From assembly GCF_016433145.1 (NCBI RefSeq), contig NC_058134.1, positions 304,986,726 through 305,050,725 on the forward strand: a DNA stretch of 64,000 nucleotides, in the 5' to 3' direction. Within the stretch, counting starts at the first letter, position 1, and every line of letters begins with the position of its first letter. Of the stretch, positions 59,414 through 64,000 are shown piece by piece. The position numbers were made by a program, and so were the translations under genes. A model generated the notes under the pieces. The model made no database searches. It saw only the letters and a list, made by a program, of their open reading frames with translations, and had not been told where the DNA came from. Source of the stretch: Gracilinanus agilis (taxonomy: Eukaryota).

Positions 59414-59550
59414 AGTGCTGATCCCAGCCCTCCTCCCCCAGTGATCCTGGAGCCCTTTTCCCTCCTCCCCATAGTGATCCCGGAGCCCTCCTCTCTCCTC
59501 CCTCTCTCCCATTGATCCCAGCCCCTCCTCCTGTGTGTCCATTGGCCCTG
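59414..59550 (+). repeat. Degenerate tandem repeat (TGATCCy..AGCCC plus pyrimidine spacer, 4 copies)
   Basis: Units: tgatcccagccc, tgatcctggagccc, tgatcccggagccc, tgatcccagccc, separated by CT-rich spacers. Confidence 0.7.
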
Positions 59551-59640
59551 CATCTCCCCTTCCTTCTCGTCCTCCTCTTCCTCCGCAGCCCCGGCTCCAG
59601 TCCTTTCCTCCCTGCTCGGTTCCGCTGTCCTGTCGGGACC

Positions 59641-59808
59641 ATGCCTGCTCCGAGTTCCCAGGGGCAGAGCCTCTGGCCCCGGCTCCTGCTCCTGCTGCTG
59701 CCCCCGCTCCTGTTCCTGCTGGCCGTGGCCCCACTCCCCTCCGCCTCTTCCTCCACCAGTCACAAGCCGTGCACAGTCTGCAGGAACATCGTGGATCAGT
59801 TCCACAAG
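59641..59808 (+). CDS. CRELD2: CRELD2 coding exon 1 (signal peptide plus N-terminal CXXC)
   Basis: MPAPSSQGQSLWPRLLLLLLPPLLFLLAVAP...KPCTVCRNIVDQFHK. Context accATG. Donor GTGCGG. Confidence 0.9.
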
Positions 59809-60806
59809 GTGCGGGGCTGGGGGCGGCGGGGGAAGCCTGGGATTCGAGGAGGTACCTGGAATGGGCTGGCTTCTCACACTTGGGGGAGGGAAGGCACCTT
59901 TCCCTTCACTGTCTGAGGCAGAGCCTGCTTCTCCCCCTCCTCCCTATTGACTTCGATCCTCAGTTTCCTCATCTGTAACATGGTGGGTTGGCCTCCTGGT
60001 CTTTAGCCCTTCATCTGGGATCCAGTAATTCCCAGAGCTGTCCTTGGCAGATTCTGGCTGCCTGTTGGTCATCCATACAGTTGGTGGGAGAATTTAAAAG
60101 TGGCTCTTAGCTGGTGACAGCTGAGAGGCACTGGGGTACCAAGAGAGCCCCCAGAGCCTGGGAAGCTCTCATAGGGAGAGCTGGATGACAAGCCTTGTTT
60201 GAGGACTGACCCACGTCAGCCTCAGACTGTTAGAGCTTTGGGGACAGCAGGATGTCTCAGGAGGTCCGGAGCTCCATCACTGGGCATCTGCATGACCATT
60301 CATTGCCCTGTGGACAATTGCCTGTCTACCCACCATGTCACCTTCACCTGCTAGCTGCTAGGGCTTCCTTCAAGGTGCAGGCCAAGCCCACAGACTCTAG
60401 GAGGCCTTTGGTCCCAACTTTCTATAGCTCTGGTATGGCCCCCCAAGGCTTACTAAAGTGCCTTGTACACAGTGAGCACTTCATAAATGCTGATTATCAG
60501 TCAAGGGGTTTCCTAGTCCTGGGTTGGACCAGAAGCTTCTGTGGCCCTTTCTAGCTCCAAATTAAACTAGTATCCAAGGTGCTGAAATGTGAGAAAAACA
60601 ATAGATTTTTTTCTCTTAAGGCTGCCTGTTAAATGCCCACAGGCCAGGAGTTTTCCTGGGCTTCCTGCTGCCCAGTGGGCCACCTGGGAAGATGAGAGGG
60701 ACTATTTCAAGGCCTCTGGACTTCTCCAGATAAAAGTTATAGTTGAGCTGGTTTCCTGGGAAAATATCATTCACTGAATATATATTCTGGGTTTTCTTTT
60801 TGGCAG

Positions 60807-60889
60807 GGGTTGGCAAATACAGAAAAGAAAAATTTTGGTGGTGGAAACACAGCATGGGAAGAGAAGACACTATCCAAATATGAGTCTAG
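60807..60889 (+). CDS. CRELD2: CRELD2 coding exon 2 (83 nt)
   Basis: GLANTEKKNFGGGNTAWEEKTLSKYES, the CRELD/Canopy-like signature NFGGGNTAWEE. Confidence 0.96.
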
Positions 60890-61398
60890 GTATGTCCAGA
60901 TGTGCCTGGCCTTGACTTCTGTCATCACCAGTCCTGTCATCTGCATGAGGAGAGAAAAGGGGTACAGGATGAAAATGAGGGAGCTGATAGAGGGGACAGC
61001 TCAGTGGCTATGCCAGGGGTCCCAGGAAGGCCTCCATCCTGTCTCAAAAGTCTTCTATGTGCGACTTAGAGAAGGCCAAAGAGCAGAATTTCATAGGTGG
61101 GGGTGGTACCACAGCCTCAAGAGGCACCCCCCAAGGGACATTTTGATGATGTCATCGGCCCCCACCACAAGTAAGGACTTGAGAAATGATGCTTTGGCTA
61201 GTGAAGGAGAAGAATCCTGGTTTTTATCTCCTTTTTTTTTTTTTTACTAGTTAGATAGAAATAAATACCACTTTGGGGGTCAGGAGCTCTTCCCCCTGCT
61301 GCTTCCCCATTGTCACCTACAGGCATCCCCCGTTATCTTAAGCAGATGCTAAAGGCCTTTGTTTCCCCCAGTGCTGACTTGTGGTTTTGCTATTCCAG

Positions 61399-61509
61399 TG
61401 AAATTCGCCTGGTAGAAATCATCGAAAGCCTGTGTGAGAGCGACGCTTTTGAGTGTAACAATATGGTGGAAAATAATGAAGAGCACCTCGAGAACTGGTG
61501 GTTCAAACA
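61399..61509 (+). CDS. CRELD2: CRELD2 coding exon 3 (111 nt)
   Basis: EIRLVEIIESLCESDAFECNNMVENNEEHLENWWFK. Donor GTAAGT. Confidence 0.96.
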
Positions 61510-62694
61510 GTAAGTTGGTGTGGGGGGGCAGGGGCGGTGGGGGAGGGGTCCATGGCTGTGCAGAGTCAAGGAGGAGAATTGCAGGGTAGGGGAGGTCTGG
61601 AGTGCTTGTTCCTTTAGGAAGACACTTTGATGCTGAGGGTTGGGGGTGACTCCCACAGGGTGCTAGGAGCACCCCACAATGGCCAAGCAGAAGGCACCTC
61701 AGGCTTAGAGTCAGGAAAGAGCCCGACTCGTGGCTGTGGAGCAGTCATTTACCTTTGGGAATTTAGTTTCTTCGTCTGTGAGATGGGATGGGACGCTAAT
61801 TTTGCCCACCTCATTCCTCTGTTTCCCCCACACACACACTTGTCAGTGCTGGCCCTCTCCAGACGGGGCTGCTCATTCAGGTGGTAAGGAGAGGCAGTGG
61901 GGTGTGGAGCTGGCCTTAGAGCAGGGGGTGAGTCTGGGCTCCAGCCCCAGCAAAGGACTCTCGGCAACTCCCCAAGATTGAGGCCGCTCAGAGGCGTCCA
62001 GAGTGCCTCAGCTGAGGAGGCCGGTTTCAGGGAAGAGAAGCCTGGCGCTCTGAGCAGGTCGGTCAGGACTCCCTTGGGTGTTCCTTTTCTTGATTCAGGA
62101 GAGGTTTGAGCCCTTTCAGACTCCCCAATTCTAGCGATGCTCCCACCCAGAGCTCAATCTTAGCTTCTGAGGGGCAGCCCAGGTCCTTTGTGGCTCATCC
62201 AAAGGCAGAGCTGGAGATGGAGGGTCAAGCCTGGGGGAACACAGGCTGTCAAGGGGAGGGCCCTTGGGACTGCATAGCCTCTGGGCACTCAGGGTCAGGA
62301 GGCTGGACATGACCAGAGCCACATGGACATGTGTCTGGGGTATTTGAACAATGACACGCTCCATTAACAAGTGCAGGAGGAAGGAGGCTGCAGATGTAGG
62401 GAGGAGGCCTGAAGGCCAGCCTTTGCTTGGCCGGGGGGCAGCCTGCTCTGTTGAGGTCATCCTGTGAGGAAGGGGCCGGACCTGGATCTTTGTGGGGACA
62501 GGCCCATAGCAGCAGCGGGCGGCAGTGGCTCCCGCAGGAGAGAGCTCAGCCCCGGCAATACCTGGGCTGCCAGCTGCCACCTGTGAGGGCCATCCCTCCC
62601 TGGCCTGCAGGGGCCGTGCAGTGGGCTGGTTTCTTGGTCGGGAGCCTGGTGTGTGCCCGTACCTCACAGGAAGAGCCTGTTTTTCATTACTCAG

Positions 62695-62786
62695 GAAGAA
62701 GAGACATCCTGAGCTCTTCAGGTGGTTCTGTGTGGAAACCCTGCAAGTCTGCTGCCTTTCGGGAACCTACGGACCAGACTGCCTTG
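62695..62786 (+). CDS. CRELD2: CRELD2 coding exon 4 (92 nt)
   Basis: KKRHPELFRWFCVETLQVCCLSGTYGPDCL. Phase consistent. Confidence 0.95.
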
Positions 62787-63601
62787 GTACGTGCCTGCCC
62801 CAGCCTGCCGGCCAAAGACCCTGTTGGGAGGGAAGTGCCCCTGCCCCTGGCCTGGCATGCTGAGGAGCCTCCTTAAATCCGGATGAGTGAATAAATAAAT
62901 GAATGTGTGAAGGGCCCCCTTCTGCACCCTCCATAGTTCTGCGTGTGAATTGTGGCCTCCTCTTTGCTCTGGCACCTTGGCTGGCTGAGTTCATTGGACT
63001 TTTCTGGACTTTGGTTTGCCCCTGGGACATTGAGCCTCATGGTGGTCATTCTGCCTATGGTCATTAGTCAGAGAGAATTTGGATGGAGGTGGCGACTAGC
63101 CTGCCCAGGCATTGGGATGTCTGAACAGGTGACTCGGCCCTCTGACCTGAGGGGCTTTCAGGGGTCCAGGAGCCCCCAAACCCTCAGGAAAATGAGAAGT
63201 AGCCACCTTCTGTGTACCTGCCTATTAGACTTCTTTAGATATTGGGGGCCTGTACCTGGGCCATCCAGGGGCCCCGCCTCTCAGACGTTTCTCTTCCCTG
63301 AGAAGGTGGCATGTGGCCCCCAGCAGAGCCAGGAAGCCCAAGGCTGCAATGCTCCAGGAGGTCTAGGAGGGCCCCAAATACAGCAAGACCAGAGGGCTGG
63401 GATCAAGCAGGCAGTGAAGGCCAAACTTAGCAGGGTGACTCTTGCAGGGGCCTGGTCACTCCTCCTCCAAGGGTGGGTGCTGGGAACACTTCCAAGCTCC
63501 CAGGGTAGCACCATGCTGGGTTTGCCCCGGCCCCGAGGGGGTTGGGGCTGGGGGTGGCCCTTGGCAGGCCCCAAAGGACATGTCCTTTCCTCTGGCTCCA
63601 G

Positions 63602-63778
63602 AGTGTCCTGGGGGCGCTGAGCAGCCATGCCGGGGAAACGGTTACTGCAATGGAGACGGGAGCCGTGGCGGGGATGGGAAGTGCACGTGCCACCTGGGCT
63701 ACAGCGGGCCCCTCTGCATGGACTGCGTCGACGGCTACTTCAGCTCCTGGAGGAACGACACCCACTCTGTGTGCACAG
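63602..63778 (+). CDS. CRELD2: CRELD2 coding exon 5 (177 nt; EGF-like domain)
   Basis: ECPGGAEQPCRGNGYCNGDGSRGGDGKCTCHLGYSGPLCMDCVDGYFSSWRNDTHSVCT, with N-glycosylation sequon NDT. Confidence 0.96.
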
Positions 63779-63932
63779 GTGACCCGAGGGCCTCCAGCCT
63801 GCCTCCTGACCCCCCCCTCCCTCATGCTGCTTCTTTGACCACTCAGGCTCCCCCAAAGAAGGGCCCCGGAGAGCCCCCCAAAGGAGGGCCCCAGGGAGCC
63901 CTGCACCCAGACTTTGAAATGCCCTTTTCCAG

Positions 63933-64000
63933 TCTGTCATCAGGCCTGTAAGACCTGCACTGGCCCGAGCCCGAGGGACTGTGGAGAATGTGAAGTTGGC
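63933..64000 (+). CDS. CRELD2: CRELD2 coding exon 6, truncated by the window end (furin-like repeat)
   Basis: Acceptor cccttttccAG. VCHQACKTCTGPSPRDCGECEVG. Confidence 0.92.

Larger units (their letters stand above)
58150..59830. promoter_or_regulatory. CpG island; ALG12-CRELD2 bidirectional promoter
   Basis: Very high CpG density between divergent genes. CCAAT boxes at 59111 (inverted) and 59175, YY1-like motifs at 58917 and ~58963, GC box GGGCGG at ~59000. Confidence 0.88.

Noticed and set aside
59074-59877. 267-aa minus-strand ORF across the CRELD2 start
   Set aside because: Low-complexity antisense reading of the leucine-rich signal peptide and the CT-rich leader.

Overview
Vertebrate (marsupial) genomic DNA. 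Tailed tRNA/CORE-type SINEs resembling opossum SINE1_Mdo, marsupial L1s and hAT MITEs point to a didelphid such as Monodelphis; this is an inference from repeat recognition, not a database search. The window holds the syntenic block ZBED4(+) / ALG12(-) / CRELD2(+). ZBED4 is a domesticated hAT transposase encoded by one 1173-aa ORF (41238-44759). It is probably preceded by a ~40 kb repeat-rich first intron that starts at a CpG-rich patch at the left edge. ALG12 is complete: 9 coding exons, 1470 nt, 489 aa, frame-consistent across all junctions. CRELD2 is partial: coding exons 1-5 plus the start of exon 6. ALG12 and CRELD2 are head-to-head on a CpG-island promoter. Best second-look items: a perfect ERSE-II with no canonical ERSE in that promoter; a U12-type minor intron in ALG12; a uATG-dense ZBED4 leader and a (CGGG)5 GC-box/G4 tract in its 3'UTR; a MITE resembling the horizontally transferred hAT1 family inside the ZBED4 intron; a twin-primed 5'-inverted L1; and exon-scale GC3 mosaicism with GC-remodelled repeats. 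There is one 362-N assembly gap. I found no rRNA, tRNA or CRISPR, and no convincing evidence of a wholly new gene or system. Most short ORFs in the track are GC-rich noise or repeat remnants. Repeat boundaries without TSDs are approximate.
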